64,000 bases of DNA from Macrostomum lignano. Lineage: Eukaryota. Positions 21,922 to 34,000 of the stretch are shown in pieces. The notes beneath the pieces are model-generated. The model was given only the letters and a program-made list of their open reading frames with translations, was not told the DNA's origin and made no database searches. Location of the stretch: positions 62,001 to 126,000 of the forward strand of contig NIVC01000925.1 in assembly GCA_002269645.1 (NCBI GenBank), written 5' to 3'. The position numbers and the translations under genes were made by a program. Numbering within the stretch: position 1 is the first letter of the stretch; the number at the start of each line of letters is the position of its first letter.

Positions 21922-24900
21922 GGATCCAGTTGAAACCCTGCAGTGTGAATCAGTTAAAACCCAGTGTGAATCAGTTGAAACCCAACGTGAATCAGTTGGA
22001 GGACTATTCGTCTGCCGGACTATTCGTCTGCCCTGGGCAAATGGCCAGTGGACTATTCGTCTGCCGGTGCTAAATAGAGGATGTGCATGGTAATTCCGGT
22101 ACCGACATATAGGTTTCTGGACACTTCGGTGGCAATTGACGTTTCGGCGACAGATGTTTCAGCAACAATTCGTATCGGCAACAGACGTTGCGGTAACTTA
22201 AAGGATAGTAAAGTTCCTAACTTTGTTATACATGTAGTCGTTTTAATGCGTCACTATACGATCCGGACTAAGGCAGTAGTTGCTGCATGTCTTATACTTT
22301 TCTAAACCATGCCGCAGTAAAAAATGAAAGCCATTGTATTGTAATCTACACAAATGAAAGTACCCTGCTATCGAAAATGACTTTTATACACTTTGCCAAT
22401 GCAACGTTGCAATGAATCACGGTACGCTGGTGGCGCGCGCCACCACCGTAAAAAAATCTAAGAAACTAGAACTTTTAACAAAGCCAACCTTTCTTTATTG
22501 TTTTCTAAAAATTCTAAAATAATACTGTTTGTAGAACATAGGTGATAAAAATTTTAGAATCTTTTTGCTTATTAGTGTAGCACTTCTTGTAAATTTTTGA
22601 AACTTTCAATTTATACTGTTCGTCTGCCGGCAGTAAGTATGGCCCTTTCCATTTTCGGGTGATTCTCATCGAGAGGTTTCGGAGGTTTTGAGGTTTTTCA
22701 GAGGTTTCATTTCGAACAAATATTTTTGCACAAAAATTTTAATACTGTACAAAAATTAAAATCTTACTGTAGTTTACTAATGAATACAAATTTTCTTTAG
22801 AATATAGCTCGGAGGTTTCGGATTCTTTTTAATTTTGCTTCTGATAGGCACGCGCGAAAATTATTTAACTGTTTTTGTGCGAAGTGGTAGGGACTTCCAT
22901 GACACATTTCATTTCATAAGCGCAAAGTTGCGAATCGTCACAAGTGTGTGTTGTTCCCTTTCAATGCATATTCGTAACTATCCTAATTTCTACTAGACCT
23001 GTCCATGTAATTAAATACAGACACTATTTACCAATGCGAATTTCATATTGTTTTTTACTTGGTCTTAAGAAAGCTATCAATTTTTAAGCCAGACTTAAAT
23101 TATGACTAACACTAACAAGACCAAGTCAGTATTTTTTTCATCAAATCAGTATCAGTCGCTATTTAATATAGATTGTTAGTCTAACTAACTAAAGGCCCTA
23201 AGTATTTTACTAGGCATATTTAATGTAAAATATATTATTTTTATTTCACTTATTTGATATTCTTTTTTTATTTTATATCCAATTTACTAAAAAATATTTT
23301 TATTTTATATTATTTTACTTTTTTTACATCATCATCCTAAATCCTAACACACTATGCACAGGATAAAAATATTTATTACCTAAGACTAAGTCTCTAATCC
23401 TAGTGAATAATTCTCTTCACCAGGCTTTAAAAATGGCAATTTTTTATTTGATTGCTCTACCTCTACGTATAAATTTGAAAGCTCTAATGAACTGAAATTT
23501 TTACTTTGTAATTATAATTATAATTTATTAATAGCTATTTATATTCAGTTATAATTTAAGTTGATATGGGTGAGTACAATTTCTATTACTCTTATACATT
23601 AGTAACTTGCTTTAGTTTTTGTCTTTTTATGCAAATATTCAAAGTAAATAGTAGCTTGTACTTATGTATGCCTAGTTATCACATTTTTATTCAGTTTTTA
23701 ATTTACTTTATAAGTGAATTTTTTTAATATTAAACCAATATACTCTCTTATCATCCACAGTAGTTATCATGCCAATGAAATGCATGGTGCCAACCATGTT
23801 GGGGAGAAGGTTATAAATCTTTAGATTTTCTTATGATGTTAAGTACTTACACTACATCCATATACTAAAATGTAAGACTAACATTGTATTCCTTTATCAA
23901 TCATGCCATCTTTCCAGAGCCCATCAAACTATGGGAATTCGTGCAAAGCAATGACCTACTAAAATACCTTTGCACAAGATGATATGCTTCTAGAAGTCGA
24001 TTAAATTAATCCACCAAGTGTCTTTCTTGACACCCCAAGGTCTTCACTACATTTGACTGCAACAAGTGAGTAAATTTTCTAAATGCTGTCTTTCCAATAT
24101 ACATGTTATGAGGATCAAGGGTAGCTGAAAGCAAAGGCCAATGGTTGGGGCAAGAGATGACATTCATACATGTTACATGGCTAGTGTCCCTAAATTCCTA
24201 ATGGCGCGATTTTCAGCAAAAGTTATGGCATGACCTTTCAGGGAAATTCATTCCAATGATTAGACAGATAAAATTCCTCATTTCACTATTACCCATTTCA
24301 GGACATTTTGGTGCAGCTCGACTTCAGCGTTGTTGCTCATCATTGCAGCACTCGAGTCCCATTGTCGCATTTTTGGGCTTCCAGCATCAACTGGTTCGAT
24401 AGTCTCAATTGGAGGCCATGAAAACCAATGTCAGGCATGCTGGTGCCAATCTTGGAGAGGAATTTGCAGCCCACCTGATTGCCCTGCGGGAATTGTGTCA
24501 AGGGAACTCACACCAAGCATTTTTGTCCAGCAGCAGCAGCAGCCGAGTGCTACTGATCCAAATGGAACTCACTACAACTGACATAATGCGACTGCCCAAT
24601 TGCACTTTGCTGGCCGTAGCGGAAACCGCGCACTGGAGAAGCATCGCCCATGTTCCTCACCCTACAATATTGAGGTCTCGATCACCTCGGTGGTCTTGAC
24701 GATGTAGGATGCATCTTCATAGACATGTCATTGAACCTGGAATGCTATGCTGCATCTCAAAAGGCTGGCTAACTTTTTTTCAAGGGTTTAGTGCGGCGAG
24801 ACTCCAAGTCTGATAGATAACTAATGTCAGCCAGCGTACGCCAACTTGATACAAGCGAACGAGCTTCACGGTAGTTGCCAATTGGTCTTGCCTTATTTTT

Positions 24901-26664
24901 TAGGCCTTACATTTTTAAAACATCGAACATTGCAAGAATGCATTTCAAAAACAAAGAAGGAACATTTTGTATTTTCTCTATCAGTATGTATATTTATCTA
25001 TACATTGCTGTTACATTACCTAAATACGCTATATTATAAATATTCTTTGAGAGTCAGATCAAAACAGTTTAAAAGTTCACATTTCAGATCTTTACATGAG
25101 AGAATATAAGTCTTTTCTTGTTATTTACTCAGATGAAAGTGAAGTTCTTAACTTTAGGAGTTAATGCGCATATTAAAGACGATGCCCGCAAAAACGAAGG
25201 CTGTAGCGCGTCAGCCAGCAAGCAGTTGAAGAACTTCAGTCACTCATCTCGAAGGCAGTGCGCAGTAGATTAGCCCCTAGGCTGTCGGTTGATGTCATCT
25301 GGTTAGTAGCTAGAGCACAGCCATCTTCTGTATGCTGACAACCAAACCAATTGCCACCACAAAAGCAACCAGCCTGCCAAAGCTCTAAGGGTGGCGAGCT
25401 AGGTTGCACTGAGACGCAACATAAGTGGGTATAGGACATGGAATGCCATAATGCCTGTTATTAGATTAGACAAACATGAAGCATTGTTGGCCTGTACAGG
25501 CTCAGAATGCAGGCAGGAGACCAGGCAAGCGTAAGTTCAGGCATGGTATTGGCAGCTGAAACAAAGTATGTTGAAATAAAAGGCATTGATTATGATTACT
25601 TTTATCTATAACTTTTCATAAACAATCAATTTCAAAAGTCAATAAACATAATGATTTTCCTATACATTTGTTCTTGCAATCTTTAAAGATGCCAATAATA
25701 CATTTATATTGAAGAAATTATGATATTTTTAACTAAACAATGTCAAAAATGTGTCCAATGACTTTTTAGTTTTAACTCTAGTAAAAATATTGGTATCGGC
25801 TATCTAGCTTATTGCTCAACATAGATTTTTAGCATCAAACAAAGGTGGTGCAATACATGTACAAAGTCTTACTGCAAGCATTTTGTTTGTATAAGAACTA
25901 AATCTAAGGTGTTAGAGAGCTTTTGTCAGCAGTAGCAGTTGTGCAACTAGTGTTATTTTTTGAGAGAAAAGCTAATAACTTTTAGTAATTAAAATAAATT
26001 TTATGATTAAAATTTAAATGCTCTGCTTTAAGTAATAAAAATGCATACTTGTAATTCTAGGCCATCATATATTTATAAAAAACATTGAGACAAGAATAAT
26101 TCTTCTATTTACTTCTCTGAGGCAGTATGCATGCAGGTCGTCAATGTCATTACATAATTCGAATGCAAAATGGTATGCAGCACTCAAAAGTAAAAACAGG
26201 AAATGGATGAAACAGCTGTCTATATGTTTTCAGTATATTTCAAGCAGCGCCTTAAGGTCGAATATTTTTTATTTTGTTTTTGCACCTTGAATGTAAATGC
26301 CAATGGCAACGATGACATTACCAGTGTGTTGTGTTGCGTGCAGTGTTTTTAAAAAACCACTTTCTTTAAAAGCATAAAATAGTTGCCTAAGTTAAATAAT
26401 TTCCGCGCGTGCCTATCAGAAGAAAAATTAAAAAGAATCCAAAACCTCCGAGCTATATTCTAAATAAAATTTGTATTCATTAGTAAATTTCAGTAAGATT
26501 TCAATTTTTGTACAGTATTAAAATTTTTGTGCAAAAATATTTGTTCGAAATGAAACCTCTGAAAAACCTCAAAACCTCCAAAACCTCTCGATGAGAATCA
26601 CCCTCCATTTTCTATGCGGAATAGCCGGCAGACGAATAGTCGGGAGACGAATAGTCAGCTACCC
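21922..26664. mobile_element. Outer foldback/MULE-like element with subterminal ACTATTCGTCTGCCGG repeats
   Basis: ACTATTCGTCTGCC repeats at ~22002-22067 are inverted at 26625-26656; candidate TSD GTGTGTGT at 21914-21921 and 26665-26672 (low-complexity, so weak). Confidence 0.5.
22657..26603. mobile_element. Mutator-like element (MULE), 3.95 kb, with 214-bp TIRs and a 9-bp TSD; no intact transposase seen
   Basis: 22657-22870 is the near-identical reverse complement of 26390-26603; termini GGG...CCC; TSD TCCATTTTC at 22648-22656 and 26604-26612. Confidence 0.9.
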
Positions 26665-26968
26665 GTGTGTGTAGTGTAGACCTAGTGTTTGACATATGGC
26701 TAGGCCTAGTCTCAGTCTCAGATAATAATAAAAATTTCTATTTTTCTAGACCTACCTTGGCACCTTGCCTGTCTCTATGACTCTATCTAAATATAGGAAC
26801 TTCATTGAGGCCTAGGCTAAGTGAGAGAGTCCTACTCCCAACTCCCTCCTAGGCTATGTCCAGTTGATGGCCATTTCGTCTGCTATCAGTTTGTTGAGGG
26901 CCAAGGCTTATCACTTGACTAGGCTTATCACTCTGACTTTCATTTGCAAAAGTATAATATAAATCATC

Positions 26969-27080
26969 GGCTATCCTGTAGTTTCGCACGTTAAATTATT
27001 TTACGGAATTATTTCGCCCTCTATTCAAGGGTGGTGGGGGGTTGGGGTAATAATTTAACGTGCGAAACTACAGGATAGCC
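26969..27080. mobile_element. 112-bp MITE with perfect 32-bp TIRs and an 8-bp TSD
   Basis: GGCTATCCTGTAGTTTCGCACGTTAAATTATT at 26969-27000, reverse complement at 27049-27080; TSD AAATCATC on both sides. Confidence 0.9.
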
Positions 27081-27276
27081 AAATCATCATATAGGGCCTA
27101 ATATAGTATTGGCCTAGGGCAGTAGGGCCTAGTCATTTTGTCTATGAAAAGTATTAAATATGATAGTATTAGGCCTATCTAACTGCTGAGATGTCAAGGG
27201 GGAGCCTGATATGTTAAGAATTATAGGTAGAATTGCTAAAGATAAGATGTCAAAGTGGAATTGATATACTAAGGCA

Positions 27277-28236
27277 GCAATGTTGCAGTTTGTTTTGCAT
27301 AATTATTTTTACTTTTGAATACAGGGTATAGTAATGGGCAATCCAATACAGCACTGCACCAAAGACGTTAGTAGGGTATATGCAACGCCAGAGGAACTCT
27401 TCAAGATAAGTCATATCATACAATCATACATGATACATGTAGCGCAAAGGGAATGTGCTATCCATTAGATTCAGCAGCTCGGCAGCAGGTACAACCCTAG
27501 CAGGTGGGATTATAAATGATTGTGCAGCTGGACATCTTGCCATGACTTGCAAAATATTGTATATTTTAAGCAATTCTAGGTTGGGAAATATTGAGTAGTG
27601 TAAAAGATTGCTGCCTTCACCCTCACTAAAACTTGCCCGAAAGTGTCTGGCCCTTTGGCCTTTTAGGATAATATGGCATGACAAGTCAGCACAAATTTAA
27701 ACCCTCCATGACACATTGGCGCATATTCAAAAGTAAAAGGCAGTTGTTATTTGTCCGGTAACCGGACGAATAGCAATGTGGTTATTTGTCCAGTTACTAG
27801 ATGCTGACCATGCTTTCTTATTTATCCAGTTAATACCGGACAAATAAACATTTTGTTATTTGTCCGGTTAAATTGATAATGCTAAAATATCTAGTTCATA
27901 AAAACCATAAGGATAAATATTCCTAGACTTCAAAGACTTCTTACTCGTATCTTGATTATTAGGGCCCTATATTGTTATACTAGTATGTTTCTTATACACC
28001 AAATTATGCCGAATTCTTTGCTTACACTCTAGTATACAAGAAAATATTAATCAGTATACGAGAAAAGGTCTTAAAAATCTAGAATATTCATCACAAAACA
28101 AATAAGATACTTGTGTTAGCAATTTAACCTATTTAAATTTTAATAGCAAAAAAGCTATTCATCCGGTCACCAGACAAAATCACAAATAACAACTGCCAAA
28201 GTAAAAATAATTACGCAAAACAAACTGCAACATTGC
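27277..28236. mobile_element. Older inverted-repeat element whose right arm is split by the 27739-28197 MITE
   Basis: 27277-~27321 matches the reverse complement of 27724-27738 joined to 28207-28236. Confidence 0.6.
27739..28197. mobile_element. MULE-type MITE, 459 bp, with a 9-bp TSD
   Basis: Termini GGCAGTTGTTATTTGT...ACAAATAACAACTGCC; TSD AAAGTAAAA at 27730-27738 and 28198-28206. Confidence 0.85.
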
Positions 28237-28570
28237 CACTAACCAAGGCTTATGGGAAAATTGCTGAGATGTCAAGGCTTACATGAGATTGCGATTGTAT
28301 TGCTAAGGTTATTGCAAAGAGATTCTACATATAAAAGTTTATTCAAAATTTTATATTGGATTTTTTGGTTTTTTTGGCGCAAATTAATTGTTTGAGTAGG
28401 CCTATCTACTATAAAAATTATTATAAGAAATCTAATTTTAAATTTTTATATGACTTAAATTGTTGTTCTAAAATATAAACTCTATAATATAATATTAGGC
28501 TTAGCATATTAGGCCTATATATGCAACTAAATTTAATTTATTTTTTTTCAAAAAGTTATTTTATCTGCAA

Positions 28571-28627
28571 GTAAACAAAATTATAATTGTCTTATTAAGG
28601 CTAAATGCCTCATCAACTAGTTAGTAC
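28571..28627 (+). pseudogene. Degenerate 28S rRNA-derived fragment (second, more decayed copy)
   Basis: TTAAGGCTAAATGCCTCATCAACTAGTTAGT resembles 28S TTAAGGTAGCCAAATGCCTCGTCATCTAATTAGT and the copy at 30623. Confidence 0.5.
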
Positions 28628-30622
28628 TACTACTACATTTATATTCTTTTAAATAGGTATTTTTGCAATTATATATATGTACAAAAATATATTGTCTTTT
28701 TCTAACTTGGTTTTAAGATATTTCCTAAATAGATATAGGCCTAGATATAATAATGTAGAATTGTGACATTATATACATTATTATATCTAAGTATTATTTA
28801 AAATGCATCAAAATCTAATGTTGGTATCTAAATAGCAAGGCTCTAAAAATAATATTTTTAATTATTTCAATAAGTTCTATAGATAAAAATAAAGATATAT
28901 GCCAACTAAAAGTTAAACAAGACAAAATTATATTGGCCCTAAGTCAAAGAAAGTTCATGAATATAAAAGTCAATAGTCATATTTTAGTTAGTCTATGGGA
29001 TAACCTTGATAGATAAGTCAAACTTGACATAGTACACTTTAGCCATATTGACATGAATTTTTAAATTGCTATTTGGCATTGCATAGTTTGGAGCATAAAT
29101 TGTATAGGCAATTATAAAAAGTTTGCACTTTGCAGATAGGAAGGCAATAGTGGTAACAAATAACAATGGCAGAAGCTCAAAAGTAGCAGACCCAAATTAT
29201 TAGCAATAGACCTCTACCACTAATGTTACCTAGCCAGCCACAAAGTATTTTAAGTTAGTATATCAAGTATATACTTGCTGATCAAGTTCAACTATATGAT
29301 CTTCTATATCAGCAACTCAATGCTCTATATATTGGCAAGCAAAGACTGTCAACTATTGCAAAGCATATTAAGTCAGTCCAATGGCAACTATATATAGTTT
29401 ATCGACAAGCCAAATACTATTAAAGAAAGTCTTCACCTTTAGGTAATTATGATTTCCTTTTTATTTTGAAATAAGAAAATACCAAAAAAACAAAAGGAAA
29501 AAATATAAATAGTACATTGTCTTATCCAATCAAGATTTGGCAAAACATCTCATTGTTGGGATCTATATCCTAGAGTACATTAACCATTCTATCACTGTTG
29601 CAAGAAAAGCTATATGACCACACAAGATAAAGTGCCTATTTTATATTTTAGCTTTAGTTGTATATATATTCATTACAAAAGAGTTTTAGAGCTAGCCTTT
29701 ATTACTAGTGCCAAAGCCAATATTTATAGAAAAAATATCAATAGCAGCAAAACTAGCAATAGATAGATTAGCAGCTATGGTAATTAGATCAATGGCTATA
29801 GCTAATATAGCTATAACTATAGCAATACTTGTAATTGCTATTGGTAGCTTACAACAAATTAGAGCTATACATATATATTGCTAGCTAGTATAGATCTATA
29901 AAATTCTAGGGCAAACTATACTAAGCAGTACAACCTAAAATGAAAAAAAATAGACCTTATATAATTATAGGCAAAAAATATGGCCTAATTTTTTTGGCCA
30001 TGGCTGAGAAAAGCATGGCCCCATGCCCCCTTGTATCTACCATTGTTGCTAGTTTTGAATAATTAATATGCTTCAATATTTTCATGTGGCATTCTAGCTT
30101 CAAATCCTAAGCAATAGCATATATATATGCTTATGCAGTAGACACTTATTTTGACCAGAATAGCAAGTACAAAAGACAGTATAGTCATCCTGATATCTAT
30201 CTCAGCCTATTGTGGATTGCTTGATAGTCATTTAGATTTGAATATTAAATTGTATGTCTTTTTTTTTAAAAAGGTTTGTTTGCAAATGATATAATGATAC
30301 TAAATTGTTATTTTCATTAGCCCCTTGCTTTATAGGCCACATATAATTTTCACATGTTAAGTATCTTGCATAAGCCTTTTTAATTTGAATATAAAGTTCT
30401 TTGATAAATATTATAGAATGTTGATAAGTTAGAGTAATGGGCTTACAAAAATCAATAGTTTACTTCTTGGCCCTTGCTTAGCAATCTATTCACTAGTTTT
30501 ATTTATTTGACCAAAATTAAATCTTTCATATACCAAATTATTAGATGGCATCACAGTTTTAAGTGTTTAAACATAAAGTGTGCCCTCTTCATACATGCCT
30601 AAAGCAAAAATAATGCAATTTT

Positions 30623-30687
30623 GGGTAAACGGTAGGAGTAACTATGACCGTACTATTAAGGCTAAATGCTTCGTCATCTAATCAGTA
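30623..30687 (+). pseudogene. 28S rRNA-derived fragment spanning the R2/I-PpoI target region; not an rRNA gene
   Basis: 24/26 match to GGGTAAACGGCGGGAGTAACTATGAC and 22/25 match to CCAAATGCCTCGTCATCTAATTAGT (universal eukaryotic LSU sequence, recalled). Confidence 0.8.
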
Positions 30688-31039
30688 CTACGTCTGTATT
30701 CTTTTGGGTGTGTATTTTTGTGACTTACCCCTGGTCCACTGTTTTTCTGTATTTGCTGCCTTGATGTCTAATAACCATGCCCATAGTCTTAGTTTTAATA
30801 CTATGCAAGTTATATAATTTTGATTAATCAAGTATTAATTAAAATCCAAATAAATGCATTTAGCTTGATGGCTGACATACACCATGATAAAAAAAGCTAT
30901 ATTAAATTAATGAAAGATGATTAAAACTTCTGCTTTATGCTGCGCACCTCTCCAGTGTCTGTTCTACTCCAGATAAGATCTGAATTTTTAAAAAGGCAAT
31001 AAAATAAAAGTTCCAACTAATTAAAAATATCCAAGTAAC

Positions 31040-34000
31040 ATGACTACAACTGCGGCTAATAATAACCCTAAGCGTGGTGGCTTTCTTCAAGCCCTGATTC
31101 GCGGGGTGAAGCCTTCGAAACAGCAGCAGCAGCAGCAGCAGCAACAACAACAGCAGGCTCTCATTGATCAAGCCAATTTAGAGAACGCCTCAGTGCTCAC
31201 TCGAGCCCAGAAGCGTCGATTGTCTTCTGAGATTACGGCTGCTACGACTGCCACTGTGTCTGATGGCGCCGCTGATGACGTGGCAGCGGAAGCTGGAGGG
31301 CGTCGAGCGCTCAACAGTTTGAGCAATGTCACCAACCACCAGCAGCAGCAGCCTCAGCAGCAAAAGCGCAGAGCTTTAAAGCGCAAGTCTGTTGTTGCTT
31401 TTAGCGAAGCCAACGCCAGCCAGCGAGTTGTTGGCCCAAATAAAAAGTCGCGTCGTGCGGCCGCTCGTCAGCGCAACCCGATTGACGCCGAGAACGGGTT
31501 CAAGCTGAGCCAGGAGAGCAATCTGGGAATTGGCGGCCTCTTTAGCAGCAGCCAGCCGCAGCAGCAAGAGGCGGCGCCGATTGTGGCGCCAGCTCCGGCG
31601 CCGGAAATTCCATTTGCTTTGTACCAGGAACTGGCTAAGAAGGATAGCATACTGTCTGTGCTGCCTGGCAATGGTCAGTATCTCGATCACTATCCGTACG
31701 TGCTGGAGTCCTTCTTTATGGATCAAGATCTAGAGGAGAATTACAGGTTTGTTGTTAATTTAATTCTCTCCTATATCAACCTGTGCTATATCCATTAGCA
31801 ACCTGCGGTAGTTTTAGTAGCAACCATTGCTATTTACCTTATTAGCAACCTATTTACCTTAGCAACCTGGGCTATTTACCATAGCAACCTATTTACCTTA
31901 GCAACTTGTGCTATTTACCATAGCAATCTATTTACCATAGCAACCTGGGCTATTTACCATAGCAACCTATTTACCTTAGCAACTTGTGCTATTTACCATA
32001 GCAATCTATTTACCATAGCAACCTGTTATTTCCCTTAGCGACCGGTGCTATTTCCCTTAGCGACCGGTGCTATTTCCCTTAGCAACCTGTGCTATTTCCC
32101 TTAGCAACGTGTGCTATTTATCCTAGCGGCCTGTAATATTTACCATATCAACTTGTTATTTCCCTTAGCGACCTGTGCTATTTACCGTAGCAACCTGTGC
32201 AATTTCCCTTAGCAACCAGTGCCACATTCGCCTGGTCATAGCAACCGGTGCCATATGCCACTCAGCAACCTGTAATATTTTTATTTCAACTATTTCCTCT
32301 CGCTTCAGACGCGAGCTGCCGCTAGTGGACTTTCTGCAGCAGCAGCAGCAGCAGCAGCAGTCTTCGCAGAGCTTGTCTTCCAGCGGTGGCCTGCGCTGGG
32401 ACATGCTCCGAGTGTTGCTAGACTGGCTAGTGAACGCTCACGAAAGCTTGGAGCTCAATTACGAGACCCTTTACCTGACTGTGAAGCTGATCTATATGTA
32501 CCTGAGCCGGCGGCACAAGGGCTTGGCTAAGCAGAGCCTGCAGCTGTTGGCCATCTCTGCTCTGTGGATTGCCAGCAAGAAAGAGGAACTGTTTGCCGTG
32601 CAGCTTAGGCAGCTGGTAAGACTGTGCATCCGTGCTGTACTTGATCGTCTCGGGGCTGTATTTGATAGTTTTGGTACTGTAGTTGCTTGTGTTGGTTCTG
32701 TATAGAGTTTGTTGATGCTGTATTTCATCCTATTGGGTCTGTATTTTATCCTATCGGGTCTGTATTTGATCCTATCGAGTCTGTATTTGATCCTATCGGA
32801 TCTGTATTTGATCCTATCGGATCTGTATTTGATCCTATCGGGTCTGTATTTGATCCTATCGGGTCTGTATTTGATCCTATCTGGTCTGTATTTGATCCTA
32901 TCGAGTCTGTATTTGATCCTATCGGATCTGTATTTGATCCTATTGGGTCTGTATTTGATCCTATCGGGTCTGTATTTGATCCTATCGAGTCTGTATTTGA
33001 TCCTATCGGATCTGTATTTGATCCTATCGAGTCTGTATTTGATCCTATCGGATCTGTATTTGATCCTATCGGGTCTGTATTTGATCCTATCGGGTCTGTA
33101 TTTGATCCTATCGGGTCTGTATTTGATCCTATCGGGTCTGTATTTGATCCTATCGGGTCTGTATTTGATCCTATCGGGTCTGTATTTGATCCTATCGGGT
33201 CTGTATTTTATCCTATCGGGTCTGTACTTGGTCCTTTCAAGTCTTACTTTGATCTTATCGGGTCTGTATTTGATCGTGTCGATGCTGTTCTTGAGTTTGC
33301 CGATGCTGTATTTGATTGTGTCATTGCTGTATTTTACGTATCAATGCTGTAGGATTTGATCGTGTCTTCAGTGTCTGGCTTATGAATTTTACATATCACT
33401 CGCCCCCCCCCTATTCCTCCCGCTTGCAGACGTGCCTCACCCTGGACGCCTACTCCAACCGCCAGGTGCTAGCCATGGAGCAGCAGATTCTTGCCGCCGT
33501 GGAATTTCGCATCAGCTGGCCGCTGTCTTACAATTTTTTGCGTCGATTTTTGCGCGTTATTGATCACGACAATCAGGCGATGGCTTACCTGGCTAGGTAG
33601 ATAGTTATTAATTTGCTAAATGGTTGCAATGATATACACCATATACCATACGCTAATTAGGCATACATTTTCCCCTGAAAATATTCAAGCTAATTATGAA
33701 AATTAGGCAAATTTTCTTCCCAGGAAATATTCAAGCTAATTATGAGAATTAGGCAAATTTTTCCTCCCAGGAAATATCCAAGCTCATTATGCTAATTAGA
33801 CATCGATTTTCTCCAGAAAATATCCAAGCTAATTATGCTAATTAGGCATCGATTTTCTCCATCGACTTCATCGACTGAATGGCCAATTATTTGGCTAATT
33901 CGATAATTATCTCTGTTGATCTAAGAAAGCATTCGAACAGATTAGCAACCCGCGCACGCACACGAAAAATATCTGTCCGCAGGTACTTGCTCGAGCTCAC

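Noticed and set aside
30623-30687. Functional 28S rRNA gene or mitochondrial rrnL insertion
   Set aside because: Only ~65 nt match, the core is disrupted, the flanks are non-rDNA, and the sequence fits the nuclear LSU rather than the mitochondrial motif
32687-33359. VFDPIGS and LYLILSG repeat ORFs
   Set aside because: They lie within cyclin intron 2 and derive from the 21-bp array
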